Shown: positions 30,742 to 41,394 of the stretch, piece after piece | How the letters are laid out: each line of letters starts with the position of its first letter | Numbering within the stretch: the stretch's first letter is position 1 | Assembly (NCBI GenBank): GCA_963789265.1 | Contig: CAWBKB010000001.1 | Location: 2,080,001 to 2,144,000, forward strand | DNA length: 64,000 bases | Reading direction: 5' to 3' | DNA from: an uncultured delta proteobacterium | GTDB taxonomy: Bacteria; Desulfobacterota; Desulfomonilia; Desulfomonilales; Desulfomonilaceae | Position numbers and translations under genes: made by a program | The notes under the pieces: generated by a model | Seen by the model: only the letters and a program-made list of their open reading frames with translations | Database searches by the model: none | What the model was told of the DNA's origin: nothing

Positions 30742-32404
30742 TCAGTCGTTCTTCCCCTTTTCAAGTTTCCGGCGCTCCTCGTCGCGTATCTCGCGGCGGA
30801 GCAGCTTGCCTACTTTGGACTTGGGCAGCATGTCGCGGAATTCTGATGTACGACGGCACCTTGTAAGAGGCCAGCCGCTCGGAACAGAAATTGATGAGTT
30901 CTGCCGCGCCCACGCCCTTGGCGTCATCCTTCAACACTACAATGGCCTTGATGCGCTCGCCCACCTTCGGATCCGGGACGCCTACTACGCATGCCCCTAC
31001 CACCACCGGGTGATCTTGCAGGACAGCTTCGACTTCCGAGGCGGACACTCTGTATCCTTTGTGCTTGAGAATATCCGCTGACCGCTCAACGTAAAAGATC
31101 TCGCTGTTGTCTCCGAGTCGCACAAAATCACCCGTCCGATAATATATCTCCCCGTTAATATCCACGAAGGACGCTTCTGTTTCGGCGGGCTTATTGACGT
31201 ACTCCTTGACGGTGAACTTGGACGTGACCAGAAGCTCACCCACCTCACCGGCAGGCAAATCTTCCAGAGTGATAGGGTCAACCACCTTTACCTTTCTCGA
31301 CGGCAAGGGGAGCCCTATGGACATGGGGTCCGGTTCCCCGGCATCCAGTCGAGAATAGGTGACGTGTCCAGCTTCGGTGGAGCCATAAACCTGATATATC
31401 GGCACACCCACACGTTTTTTCCATCTGGCCAAAACTTCCCTGGGCAGGACATCGCCACCGCAATAGCAGTATCGCAGCGAGCCCAGCTCGTATGTCTCCT
31501 GCCGGTCGTTTTCCAGTATCATACGGTAGAGCGCGGGAACCCCCAACATTATGCGCACACGGTACCTTTCTATGGCAGACAAGATGGCATCCACCTGAGG
31601 CACCGGCATCAGGACGGTTGTGTTCCCCTGATTGAGGCCGACGGCCATCATCAACCCCAGCGCCATGATGTGAAATAAAGGGTTTATCGCGATGTAGACA
31701 TCTTCACCCGGCCTCAGGTGACCGGCAAATACATGGTCGCTGACGTCGTTCACATACGAAGTGTGCCCCCAGTGGTTGCCGGGTACCCCCTTGGGAAAAC
31801 CCGTTGTACCACCGGTATACAACATATAGGAAAGATCTACCGTCGAATCGATTGTTACACTTGGCGGCTGCGCGGCATTCTTGAGCAAGCTCTTGAAGGT
31901 GATAGTTTCCGAGCCGCCTTGCACTTTGCCGTGAGGGGCCTTGTCAAACAACAGGGCCACAGATCTCTTGTGCCACGAAACCAAGTCCAAGAGATTGGTA
32001 ACTATGACATGCTTTATGCCTGTCGTGGGCAATATCTCCCTGACGTAACCGTAATTGGTATCATGACAAATGATCGTGCGAGCCCCGGAATCTTTGACCA
32101 TGTACGCGACTTCATGGGAGGTGTAGATGGGAGAGACCAGAACGACTACGGCCCCGATCTTTTGTGCGGCAAGGAATGCGATCACAAACTGCACCGAGTT
32201 GGATAGATAAATGAGTATGCGGTCCCCCTTTTCAATCTCCAGTCCAGCCAGTCCTGTAGCAAAACGATCGATCTTGTCTTTAAGATCCCGGTACGAGAAT
32301 TTGTCGCCGAGGAAAATAATTGCCGTGCGATCGGGGTACTTGGCGCAGGCCTCCTCGAACCGAGTGAAAGTGTACTCTTCCTGCAAAGAACTCCTCCTCG
32401 TCAT
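30742..32404 (-). CDS. AMP-forming acyl-CoA ligase (apparent frameshift near 30845)
   Basis: YTGGTTGFPKG, YGSTE and YRTGD motifs; LPKSKVGKLLRR in the shifted frame. Confidence 0.92.
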
Positions 32405-33147
32405 GTCCCGAAGTATGCCGATTTCACGTCAGGATTGCCCATCAATTCTTCTTTTGTTCCTTCAACTACAGAAGCCCCGTTTTCCAGGATGTACCCATAG
32501 TCGATGATTGGCATAATGGGCCTTGCGTACTGCTCTGAGACTATTATGGATGTGCCGCGTTGGTCTCTGATTTCTTTAATGGCTTTGGCCAACAAATATT
32601 GAATGGCAGGGCTTAGCCCCAGGAGAGGCTCATCGAGAAGCAAGAGCTTCGGTTGTGCCATCAGGGATCTACCGATCGCGAGCATCTGCTGTTCCCCTCC
32701 GCTGAGGAATCCGCCAAGACGACCCGTCAAACGTTTGAGTGGAGAAAAAACGGTGAACACATAGTCGAGAGTTTCTTTGGCCTGTTGCCTGGTTGCCAGG
32801 TAGGCGCCTATTTTGAGATTTTCCAAGACCGTAGCCTCAGGAAAGATCCGGCGTCGCTCGGGGCAAAGGATAATACCCGCGCGAGCACGTGCCGAAGGCT
32901 TGCTGAACATTACCGACTTACCCTGGAACACAATTTGGCCGCGAATGGTGATCCTTTCGCCACCCGCCATCTCTTCCTTTCGCTGGATATCCTGCATGAT
33001 GCCCGAAAGGGTGTACATCAACGTAGACTTGCCGGCACTGTTGGCCCCGAATACTCCAACTATCTGATTCTGTTCGCAGCGCAGGCTGACGTTGTTCAGC
33101 GCAAGCATATTCTCGTAAAAGACCATCAGCCCCTGGGCTTCAAACAT
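32401..33147 (-). CDS. Liv-type ABC ATP-binding protein (LivF-like)
   Basis: GANSAGKST, LSGGEQQMLAIGR and LDEP motifs. Confidence 0.9.
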   Translation of the reverse strand: MFEAQGLMVFYENMLALNNVSLRCEQNQIVGVFGANSAGKSTLMYTLSGIMQDIQRKEEMAGGERITIRGQIVFQGKSVMFSKPSARARAGIILCPERRRIFPEATVLENLKIGAYLATRQQAKETLDYVFTVFSPLKRLTGRLGGFLSGGEQQMLAIGRSLMAQPKLLLLDEPLLGLSPAIQYLLAKAIKEIRDQRGTSIIVSEQYARPIMPIIDYGYILENGASVVEGTKEELMGNPDVKSAYFGT

Positions 33148-33943
33148 AACTGAACACCTCCTCCGATCCGAAGTAAGCCTCCTTGACTTCCTTGTATTCC
33201 ATTACTTCCTCGGAGGTGCCGTCCGCGATTTTGCAGCCGAAATTCAAAACGACGATTCGTTTGGCCAATCGAAACAGCTCGCGCAGTCGGTGTTCCACCA
33301 TAACCAGGGTTATGCCTTCCATCTGTAGCTTTTCTATGAGTGGCACCATGCTCGCCATCTCACTCATGCTCAAACCGGAGAGCGCCTCGTCGCAGATGAT
33401 GACTTCAGGTCTTAGCGCCAGGCAGCGGGCCAACTCTAGCCGTTTAAGGTACCCGGTGGGCAAAGAAGATGCGACCTTGTAGGGGATGTAGGAATCCCTT
33501 TCAAAGCCTATCTCTTCAAGAATGTCTACGGCCACCGTGTCGCGGCTGCCCATTTTTCCTCCGCCCCTCCATCCACCGGTACGGCGGGCGCGTGGAGAAA
33601 AGAGAGGCACTATGAGATTCTTGAACGCAGGTAAGGTGTAATAAGGCCGCATAACCTGGAAAGTTCGCGTGAGCCCCAGGTCGGCGATTTTGCTCGGACG
33701 CCAGTTGGTTATGTCGGTTTCCTTGAATAGAACTGTGCCTGTGTCGGCTCGGATAAAGCCCGTGATTGTGTTGACCAGCGTCGTTTTGCCGGAGCCGTTG
33801 GGGCCGATAATTCCCACAATGTCGCCTCTATTCACTTCAAGGCTCACTCCGGAAAGCGCCAGGACACCGCCGAATTTCTTGCTCACGTTATCAACGACAA
33901 GCAACGGCTTTGTTCTCGCCGCTTGGTCCGCGCCAGCAGACAT
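33140..33943 (-). CDS. Liv-type ABC ATP-binding protein (LivG-like)
   Basis: FGGVLAL, GPNGSGKTT, RTFQ and VKEAYFG motifs. Confidence 0.9.
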   Translation of the reverse strand: MSAGADQAARTKPLLVVDNVSKKFGGVLALSGVSLEVNRGDIVGIIGPNGSGKTTLVNTITGFIRADTGTVLFKETDITNWRPSKIADLGLTRTFQVMRPYYTLPAFKNLIVPLFSPRARRTGGWRGGGKMGSRDTVAVDILEEIGFERDSYIPYKVASSLPTGYLKRLELARCLALRPEVIICDEALSGLSMSEMASMVPLIEKLQMEGITLVMVEHRLRELFRLAKRIVVLNFGCKIADGTSEEVMEYKEVKEAYFGSEEVFSYV

Positions 33944-33969
33944 GCCTATACTCCTCACGCCGATTCGAG

Positions 33970-34080
33970 GTCCGTAGCAGCAGACACAAAGTCTGCCCTC
34001 TTGCGGGCACCCACGAGAGGTGTCCCCACAATGGGTTCCCGTTTGGGTGCCACTGCTGGGCAAGCCAGCAGTGGCACTCG
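33970..34080. repeat. REP-like hairpin cluster inside the ABC operon
   Basis: Similar in reverse complement to 48412-48468; followed by gtgccactgctgg...ccagcagtggcac. Confidence 0.65.
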
Positions 34081-34167
34081 CAACTCAAATCATGATTACC
34101 CTCAAGAACTGTTCCAAGCCCAGGCCCCGTCAGCAGGCTATTGCCTTTTTCAGCGTTTCGCCTGCCG

Positions 34168-35189
34168 CTACACTTCAACCCATCTCTCGAACTGTTCATA
34201 TTTCCGTGTCGCGTAGTTCATGATCCCTTCACTCTTGAATACGATGAACAGCGTTAGAATGATGGCATAGACCGCAATACGCAACGTGCCGAAATCACGC
34301 AACAATTCAGAAATGGGAACGAGAATGAGGCTACCGACCACCGGGCCGATAAGCGTCCCGCCTCCTCCAACAACTGTTGCAGCAATCGGAATGATCGAAA
34401 AATCCAGAGCGAATTGGGAGATACCGGCCCACATATAAATGTGCGCGAGACACGCTCCGCCGAAGCAGCCCAGTGCTGATGCGATATACACACCGATCGC
34501 CTTGTAGGTGATGATGTCTATCCCAGATGCCTTTACTGCCTGGTCATTGTCCTTGACCCCCCGAAATACCAGCCCGATATCCTCTTCCACAAGTCGCCGC
34601 AGAACAAAGACGAATATCAAGACACTCCCTATCAGAAGGTACCGTTCAACCCATGCATTCGGCAAGCCGTCAACCCCGATTATGCCGTCAGTGCCTCCGA
34701 AGATGTCCAGTGCTTCGATAACCCGGGCCGCCAGTAACGGATACATGAGACTCACGATCGCGAAATAGACGCCCCGCAGCGGCAGACACGGCAACAGCAG
34801 CACGGTGCAAACGGCTGCACCGCATACGGTTGCCAGAGGTATGGTGAACACCGGTGAAAGACCCAGATTCACATTAAGAAGCGCTGCAATGTAGGCTCCC
34901 ACCCCAACATAAAATCCGCCACCCAGCGAAACCAACCCGACGTAGTTGGCAAGAAAATCGAAACTGATGGCCAGGAGAGGTCCACGCACACTATGGAGAA
35001 CACTCTTTGCCAGTAGGGGAAATTGTGCAGCAAAAGCGGGGCAGCGGCTAGGCCGACGATGAAGAGCAGCCGAGGTGCCAACAAATAACTCATCTCTCGC
35101 CAAGAGGAGACAGCATAAACCCCGTCACACCGCACCTTTATTCCGCGGTCAATCCGCTCCTTGCGGCCGCTTGTCTTGTCCACAACCAT
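34168..35189 (-). CDS. Liv-type permease (LivM-like; apparent frameshift near 34980)
   Basis: GLVSLGG, LRGVYFAI and VVGGGGTLIGP motifs; N-terminus lies in ORF 34869-35189. Confidence 0.87.
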
Positions 35190-36056
35190 TTAGACTCTCT
35201 CCTCCAACTCTTTTTGACGACCGAAAAGTCCGCTGGGTCTTAATATCAGGGATATGATAATGGCGCAGAGCGCGACCACTATTTGATAGTTAGTCCCGAA
35301 GTATGACACGGTAAGAATCTGGGCGAATCCGATCAGGAAAGCGGCCAAGACCGCGCCGGTCCAACTCCCCAGCCCACCGACGATGCAAACCGCCACTGCC
35401 ATGACCAGCACATTGTAACCGGCTTCCACAACTATGTTCCCGAGCGGCAGCAAGATCAATGCAGCCGCTCCTGCCAGTACGGATCCGAGGCCCATTGCCA
35501 CCACAGCCATACGGTCGGAGTCGATCCCCAGGGTAAGAGCTGCCCGCTCGTCCTGAGCCATTCCCGTGAGGGCAAGCCCAAGCTTGGTCTTGTTGACAAA
35601 GAGCCACAGTAGCCCCACCAGCACCGCACCGCCCAGCACAACGATGATACGTTGGAAATCAACAGGTATGCCGGAGATTTGGATACTGCCCTCTATGAAG
35701 GGCCGAAGAATAAAGGTCCCACCTTTCAGGCCTCCCCAGCGCAAACCTTCTAGAATTGCCGAACCAATGGCATACGAGGCTATGATCTCGGAAATCGGCA
35801 TTCCACGCACGCGCACCAGGATCAGTTGGTACATGGCGGCACCGATGAGTCCTACAAAAAGCAGGGATAGCAGAATCGACAGCGGGTAGCTCAAATGCGC
35901 TCGATGTATAAGCAACCAAGCGATATAGCCGGTCAGCACGTACAGGGCGCCGTGAGCAAAATTAGGCAGCCGGCTCACCCCGTAGACCAGACTGAATCCA
36001 AGGGCCATCAGAGCTAGTGAGACGCTATTCACAATCCCATAGATGACTATTTCCAT
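35190..36056 (-). CDS. Liv-type permease (LivH-like)
   Basis: LMALGFSLVYGV..NFAHG, GGLGS and RPSGLFG motifs. Confidence 0.9.
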   Translation of the reverse strand: MEIVIYGIVNSVSLALMALGFSLVYGVSRLPNFAHGALYVLTGYIAWLLIHRAHLSYPLSILLSLLFVGLIGAAMYQLILVRVRGMPISEIIASYAIGSAILEGLRWGGLKGGTFILRPFIEGSIQISGIPVDFQRIIVVLGGAVLVGLLWLFVNKTKLGLALTGMAQDERAALTLGIDSDRMAVVAMGLGSVLAGAAALILLPLGNIVVEAGYNVLVMAVAVCIVGGLGSWTGAVLAAFLIGFAQILTVSYFGTNYQIVVALCAIIISLILRPSGLFGRQKELEERV

Positions 36057-36240
36057 GAAAGAGCCTCAAGGCAGCAGATCACAGGAATATCACGAGATTG
36101 CCCCTGACACCTCTGCGTCAACCTGCCCGTCCGAGAGCGCCATTGGCATCGGACTGAACCAAACTGTGAATTAGATTGTGGAACAGGCTAAAGGCCTGAA
36201 GCCCGTTCCACAGAAGCGGATTGTCGTCCGATAGGCCGGG

Positions 36241-37519
36241 TCACTTCTTCATCCAAGGGGGCAGCAGCACTTTCCCCGTGGCAATGGACTCGGGAAATAC
36301 CACAACACGCTTTCCGGCCTGCCACTGGAAGATTGTGCCTACTGCGCCTTTTTTTGGGTCAAGACTGGGGATCACCTGATTGGTCTTGGGGTCGAAACCG
36401 ATTCGCCCGTACACTCCCATGAGATCGGTCTTCCTGAGCGCTTCGACGACCTTGTCAGAGTCGAGGGTTCCTGCTCGCTCGATAGCGTCTTTGAGCGCGT
36501 AGACCGCCATATAACTTGAGGATGTTCCGTAACCTTCCGGTTCCAATCCGTACTTCTTTTTGTAGGCGTTGACGAACTTCATGGTCCACGGCGTAGCTTT
36601 ACAGGGGACATTGCCGGCATTAACCACACTCGCCATGCAGTACTCACCCTTGCCTTCAGTAGCTTTCCAGAATCCAGGCTGTTCCGCGGCCGAAAGGATT
36701 GTTCCGAAAGGTAGTGCCGGAACTTTCAGGCCGTACCATTGCTTCAGAAGGATAGAGGATTCCGGCATATCCATCCAAATAACGATCACCTGGGCCTTCT
36801 GTTTCTTTGCCTCCAGCAGCCCCATAGAATAATCGGTGGTTCCTGTGGGGAAGACAATAGGATCGCCTAGAAACCTTCCATCCCTTTTTCGACATCACCT
36901 TCTTCAGGATGGCTCCGCCCATCCGCGCATGGGCCACATCCTGAATCATAATCATCAGGCGGTTCAGGCCGTATTGCTTGCCTATCCCTTCGAGGCAAGG
37001 CACCATCTCGCCCAAGACCATCCACTTGGCTTCTCCGGAAATCCGGAACAGATACTTATACTTCTCGGGGTTGCTCGCTATTATTGCGCTGTACTTGGGT
37101 GTGAGAGCGCCCGTAGTCAGTATTGAGATCTTTTTATGCTTCACAAGAGTAGACATGGCTGCCAAGGCCGCCTCCGAGCGAACGGGGCCGCCAACAATGA
37201 AGTCAGCTTTCTTTTCAAGGATCAGTTTCTCCACAGCAAGGAGAGCCTCGCTCACCGGCACCCCCGGCTCCAGGTCTCGAGTGTCGATGACTTCCAGCGC
37301 AAACGGCCGCTTTTCATTTCCTACCTTTACGCCGCCTGCAGCATTTATTTCTTCCACTGCAAGCTTAAAGGCCTTGTCCGCGTCCCAACCGTACAGGAAG
37401 GACATAGCCAGGGGGGCGCCGAGAACAATGGGCTTCTGCGCCCTCGCCGGTGAACACAGACAGTTCATTGCTACCCAAATAGACACCATTGCCAGCAGAA
37501 CTCGCGCCTTGAAATGCAT
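36241..37519 (-). CDS. Liv-type periplasmic substrate-binding protein (apparent frameshift near 36870)
   Basis: Signal peptide; LAVEEINAAGGV and AIERAGTLD motifs; two overlapping ORFs. Confidence 0.87.
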
Positions 37520-37857
37520 TTTTTTCTCTCCCTTCGAGGACGTTGTATCCGATCGAATTCTCGCTGAAAGGCTATGGAATAAAGAATCTTTGAATTTGAC
37601 GCCGGCTTGTTTAAAACTCGCCGTATGTTTATGAGCTGCCAGCTCGATGATTTATCATGCTAAAAAGTTGACGGAGGAATGAGGTTATGAGGACGTGGTC
37701 ATAATGCCGCGCAATCGCCCCGTACCGATCGCGGCCGTCTCACGTGTATTACAACACTCCGGGGCAACAACGACATACTCTGAACTCCAGAAGCTCACAG
37801 TATTTCTAAAAGTGCCAACCCAATCATAAGCGCCTTGCCTACCTCCGGACTGGAAGA

Positions 37858-37874
37858 AGCAAGTCTTGTGCCAC
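37858..37874 (-). promoter_or_regulatory. Sigma54 (-24/-12) promoter of the ABC/CoA-ligase operon
   Basis: TGGCACAAGACTTGC on the minus strand matches the TGGCAC-N5-TTGC consensus. Confidence 0.85.
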
Positions 37875-37960
37875 GCTCAAGGCAAATGCAGCATGATCTG
37901 ATACAGTCGCTCAAACACGCCGGTTCACGTGAGGCCGGAGGACTACGAAAACGAGACCGT

Positions 37961-38000
37961 TGCAAATTTTCTTTGCAGTAAGTGGAAAGGTTCTTTCCAC
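37961..38000. promoter_or_regulatory. Tandem palindromes, candidate enhancer (bEBP binding) sites
   Basis: TGCAAA-N5-TTTGCA and GTGGAAAG-N3-CTTTCCAC, 90-130 bp upstream of the sigma54 site. Confidence 0.6.
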
Positions 38001-38022
38001 CACAGCTCCAAGGTTGACGGAA

Positions 38023-39375
38023 TCAGGACTGAACTTGGTATTGGTTCAGCCGTTTTCGCAAGGTGGGTCTCGAAATCCCCAGCGCCTTGGCGGTGGCTGA
38101 AATATTTCCACAGTACCTCGCAAAAGCCGTCAGAATATGTTCTCTTTGCACTTGTTCCAAGGTACGCAGTTCGGAAATATCCGGCAATTCCGTGGATGAT
38201 CCGGCGAGAGCCGCCTCTACGGCATCTGCGAAAAGAAGTGTTCCCCTCGATTCCAGGACCGCTTTCGTGAGAACGTTCTTAAGTTCTCTCACGTTGCCGG
38301 GCCAGGAATAAGATTTGAGGGTGTCCATGGCCTCTTTTTCAACTTTTGCCACCTTCGTGCAGAGGTCCCGATTGATCTTGGCCAAAAAGAATTTCACCAG
38401 TTCAGGCAGATCATCCATTCTCTCCCGGAGCGCGGGTACACGGATTGTAATAACTTTCAATCTGAAGAAAAGATCCTGGCGAAACCGTCCATGCTGCACC
38501 AGATCTTTCAGGTTCCTATTGGTTGCAGCAATAATACGTGCTTCGCATTGACGGGTTCGGTTCCCTCCCACTCTCGTAAAATCGCCATACTCCAGAAAAC
38601 GCAGGAACTTGGCCTGCAAAGGCAGAGGGAGTTCCCCCACTTCGTCGAAAAACAGGGTACCGGAACTGGCCAATTCCACCCTTCCCTTCTTTGATTCGAC
38701 AGCTCCTGTGAACGCTCCTTTCTTGTAGCCGAACAGTTCGGATTCAAAGAGACTTTCTACAAGGGTGGTGCAATCTATCGTAACAAAAGGCAGGTCCTTC
38801 CACAACGAAGATTCGTGTACTACCCGTGCCAGGAGTTCTTTGCCTGTGCCTGTTTCTCCTTCGATCAGGACTGTGGCACGGTTGCACGACAGTAGTCCAA
38901 TGAATTTGAATATAGAACGCATAGCCTTAGTGTTGCCTACGATACGTTTCCTCAGAATCCGGCCCTGGTCTTCATTCGTCAGAGACGGACATGAGAGGGA
39001 GGCTTTGGAAATGCGCATACTCTTGGTTATCGAACGATCCAACTCGCTAACACTCAACGGTTTCTGGATATAATCGTATGCACCGTATCGCATGGCTTCT
39101 ATGGCGCCTTCCATATCATGATACGCTGTTATCATTATTACTTTCTGATCCGGGCAGGTCTCCACAATGCGTCGAAGTATCTCGAGACCTGAAACGTCAG
39201 GTAATCGAATATCCAGAATGACAACTTGGGGATTATAGTCCAGGCAAGCTTTAAAGCCGCCATTCCCTGTGTCGGCGGTCCTCACGGCCAAGCCTTTTTC
39301 TTGGAGGTACATTTCCAATGACTCTTGGATAGAAGCGTCATCGTCTATGACAAGCACTCTGTTCATACCCTCCAT
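38023..39375 (-). CDS. NtrC-family sigma54-dependent response regulator
   Basis: Receiver domain, GETGTGKE, GAFTGA, WPGNVREL, Fis-type HTH. Confidence 0.95.
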   Translation of the reverse strand: MEGMNRVLVIDDDASIQESLEMYLQEKGLAVRTADTGNGGFKACLDYNPQVVILDIRLPDVSGLEILRRIVETCPDQKVIMITAYHDMEGAIEAMRYGAYDYIQKPLSVSELDRSITKSMRISKASLSCPSLTNEDQGRILRKRIVGNTKAMRSIFKFIGLLSCNRATVLIEGETGTGKELLARVVHESSLWKDLPFVTIDCTTLVESLFESELFGYKKGAFTGAVESKKGRVELASSGTLFFDEVGELPLPLQAKFLRFLEYGDFTRVGGNRTRQCEARIIAATNRNLKDLVQHGRFRQDLFFRLKVITIRVPALRERMDDLPELVKFFLAKINRDLCTKVAKVEKEAMDTLKSYSWPGNVRELKNVLTKAVLESRGTLLFADAVEAALAGSSTELPDISELRTLEQVQREHILTAFARYCGNISATAKALGISRPTLRKRLNQYQVQS

Positions 39376-40961
39376 GGCAACCTCATGACAAAAGTCGCGC
39401 CCGGCCCTTCGCGACCGAGCACCTCAACATTTCCTTCGTGGGCATCCACGATTCTCTTCACATTGCTAAGCCCCAAACCACTGCCCTGAGCCTTGGTCGT
39501 GTAGAACGGATCGAACAGACGTGAAATACCGGCAGGATCGACGCCTGGCCCGCTGTCGCTTACGCCGAGTTCCAGATATTGGATTCCGCCGATACGAATT
39601 GTCTTTGCGAACACAATTATGCGACTACCCTCTTCGGTGACGTCAACCGCATTTAGTATCAGATTCAGCAAAGCCTGCTGGAGCTTTTTCGCATCCAATT
39701 TGCACGATGGCAGAGATCGGGCGTAGCGCTGGACTATTTTCAGACGCTTCTCCGCGGTCTTTGGTTCCACTAGATCTACGCATCCCTGCACAAGCTCACG
39801 CACATCCACAAATCCTAGTTCGATGTCGACCGGTCGAGAAAGATCCAGCAGTTGTCTAAGGATATTTTCAACTCTGGACACCTCCCGAACGGTAATGTCC
39901 AGACGCCGCCGATCAAACCCGTCCAGGTGTAGCTTTTCGCTCAAAATTTGCAGATTCATGTTTATAGAAGAAAGTGGATTTCTGATCTCGTGGGAAAGTG
40001 ACGCTGCCAGATGGCCCACGTAGGCTAACCGCTCGTTTTCGCGGACTTTGCGCTCCATGGCCACGCGTTCGCTGATATCCCTGCACACGCCGATGGTTAC
40101 CGTCCCCTGGCCGAGATCAACCGTCTTCGCTCTGATTTCCGTCGCCCCTCTTTCGGGATCGCATCCGAGACGAGTGTATTCAATAGTGCTTCCTGTGAGC
40201 TTGCCGGCCGGTGCATCGACGTACGTGCCGCCCAGACGTTTGCGCGATTCGGGGGCCACAAATTGCAAAAACGGCTGACCCACGGCTTCAACCAGCGTGG
40301 TCCCGTGCATACGGCAAAACGCCTGATTCGCAAACACTATCCGGCCGTTTTGGATGACGAAATATCCGTCGTTAATCTCTTCCACCAGGGTCTTATATCT
40401 TCGCTCACTTTCGGCAAGTTCTGCTGTACGGCTGCTTACTTCCTGCTCAAGATTCTGAGCGTAATGCCTAATCGAAAGCTCGTGCATGTGCTGAAAATGG
40501 TCGGAAAAACGATGTATGGTGTACGAAAGACAGGCGTTTATGGCTTCGATGGACTGTGCCAGTAACTTCCGACGCCTTTCCGCCAAGAGCTTTCTTGTGG
40601 CAATACTTCTGAATAACTCAAATGCCTTCTGAACATCCGACAGGGGAAATCCGGCTGCCAAGCGCTTGTCAGTAATGTAGTCTATGAAACGCTGCATGCG
40701 GATGAGTCGGTCGTAAGATAGGAACTCTAAATCCGCCATGAAGGCTTCGGTCACTGTCCCTACAAGCTCTTCTCGGGGGCGCGCGGCATAGAACACGGAC
40801 AGCGTCGAAAGAGTGTCTACCCATTCTTCAATTATTGGGGCTGTCTCTCTCTTGAGCCATCGGAGCAAAGATATGGGAGTCGAAGTACGAAATGGAACTT
40901 GTGGATGGTTCTCTTCTTCGTTTCTTGAGCCGCCGCTTGTTGTAATTGTCAAATCCGGCAT
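39363..40961 (-). CDS. Cytoplasmic PAS sensor histidine kinase with helical RsbRD-N-like input domain
   Basis: SHEIRNPL H-box, NLILNA, DSGPG and GSGLGL motifs; PAS region; no TM seen; start uncertain. Confidence 0.9.
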   Translation of the reverse strand: MPDLTITTSGGSRNEEENHPQVPFRTSTPISLLRWLKRETAPIIEEWVDTLSTLSVFYAARPREELVGTVTEAFMADLEFLSYDRLIRMQRFIDYITDKRLAAGFPLSDVQKAFELFRSIATRKLLAERRRKLLAQSIEAINACLSYTIHRFSDHFQHMHELSIRHYAQNLEQEVSSRTAELAESERRYKTLVEEINDGYFVIQNGRIVFANQAFCRMHGTTLVEAVGQPFLQFVAPESRKRLGGTYVDAPAGKLTGSTIEYTRLGCDPERGATEIRAKTVDLGQGTVTIGVCRDISERVAMERKVRENERLAYVGHLAASLSHEIRNPLSSINMNLQILSEKLHLDGFDRRRLDITVREVSRVENILRQLLDLSRPVDIELGFVDVRELVQGCVDLVEPKTAEKRLKIVQRYARSLPSCKLDAKKLQQALLNLILNAVDVTEEGSRIIVFAKTIRIGGIQYLELGVSDSGPGVDPAGISRLFDPFYTTKAQGSGLGLSNVKRIVDAHEGNVEVLGREGPGATFVMRLPWRV

Positions 40962-40975
40962 CACGATCTTTGTCA

Positions 40976-41185
40976 AGCCATGAATACGCAGGATGACGCT
41001 TGAGGCCAAGCATTTAACGAGGTAGGTGGAACATTGGAATTGAGAAAGCCCTGATGAGAACGCGAGTGCGGGCCTCCGTTCTCGACCGCGAAGGGGGCAT
41101 CCCGCTACACGCCGTGCCCTCTACCTCCAAGGTTCCCAGATCAAGCCAGACGGACTTGGGCTAGACTATACATCATCTTTTGTAG
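40976..41185 (-). ncRNA. Candidate structured RNA / mini IS110-like element
   Basis: Promoter immediately upstream; several stems (AGCCC/GGGCT, GGGCA/TGCCC, GAGAACG/CGTTCTC); CT at both proposed borders. Confidence 0.45.
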
Positions 41186-41193
41186 TTATCCAA
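41165..41193 (-). promoter_or_regulatory. Sigma70-type promoter
   Basis: TTGGAT-17 bp-TATAGT on the minus strand. Confidence 0.6.
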
Positions 41194-41198
41194 GAGTC

Positions 41199-41379
41199 GG
41201 CAGTGTCCCAATTTTGGACACCATCAGCCATTTTCACAACTAATCACCCAAGACCCCAATGCGGGCAGTAGCGCCGGCGTCTCTGCCGGTGGCTCATAAA
41301 CTACCGGCACGGAGGCCGGTCCTACTGGATTCCGGCGGACACCGGAATGATGATCAACACACTGAATTAGGACACTACC
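41199..41379. mobile_element. MITE, 181 bp, with 8-bp target duplication
   Basis: TIR GGCAGTGTCCCAATT / AATTAGGACACTACC; CAAGAGTC direct repeat at 41191-41198 and 41380-41387; REP-like cargo related to 5260-5330. Confidence 0.8.
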
Positions 41380-41394
41380 CAAGAGTCGGCGGGT

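Noticed and set aside
41047..41160. 6S or SRP RNA
   Set aside because: Too short for 6S and lacks the SRP CAGG..GGAA..AGCAG domain
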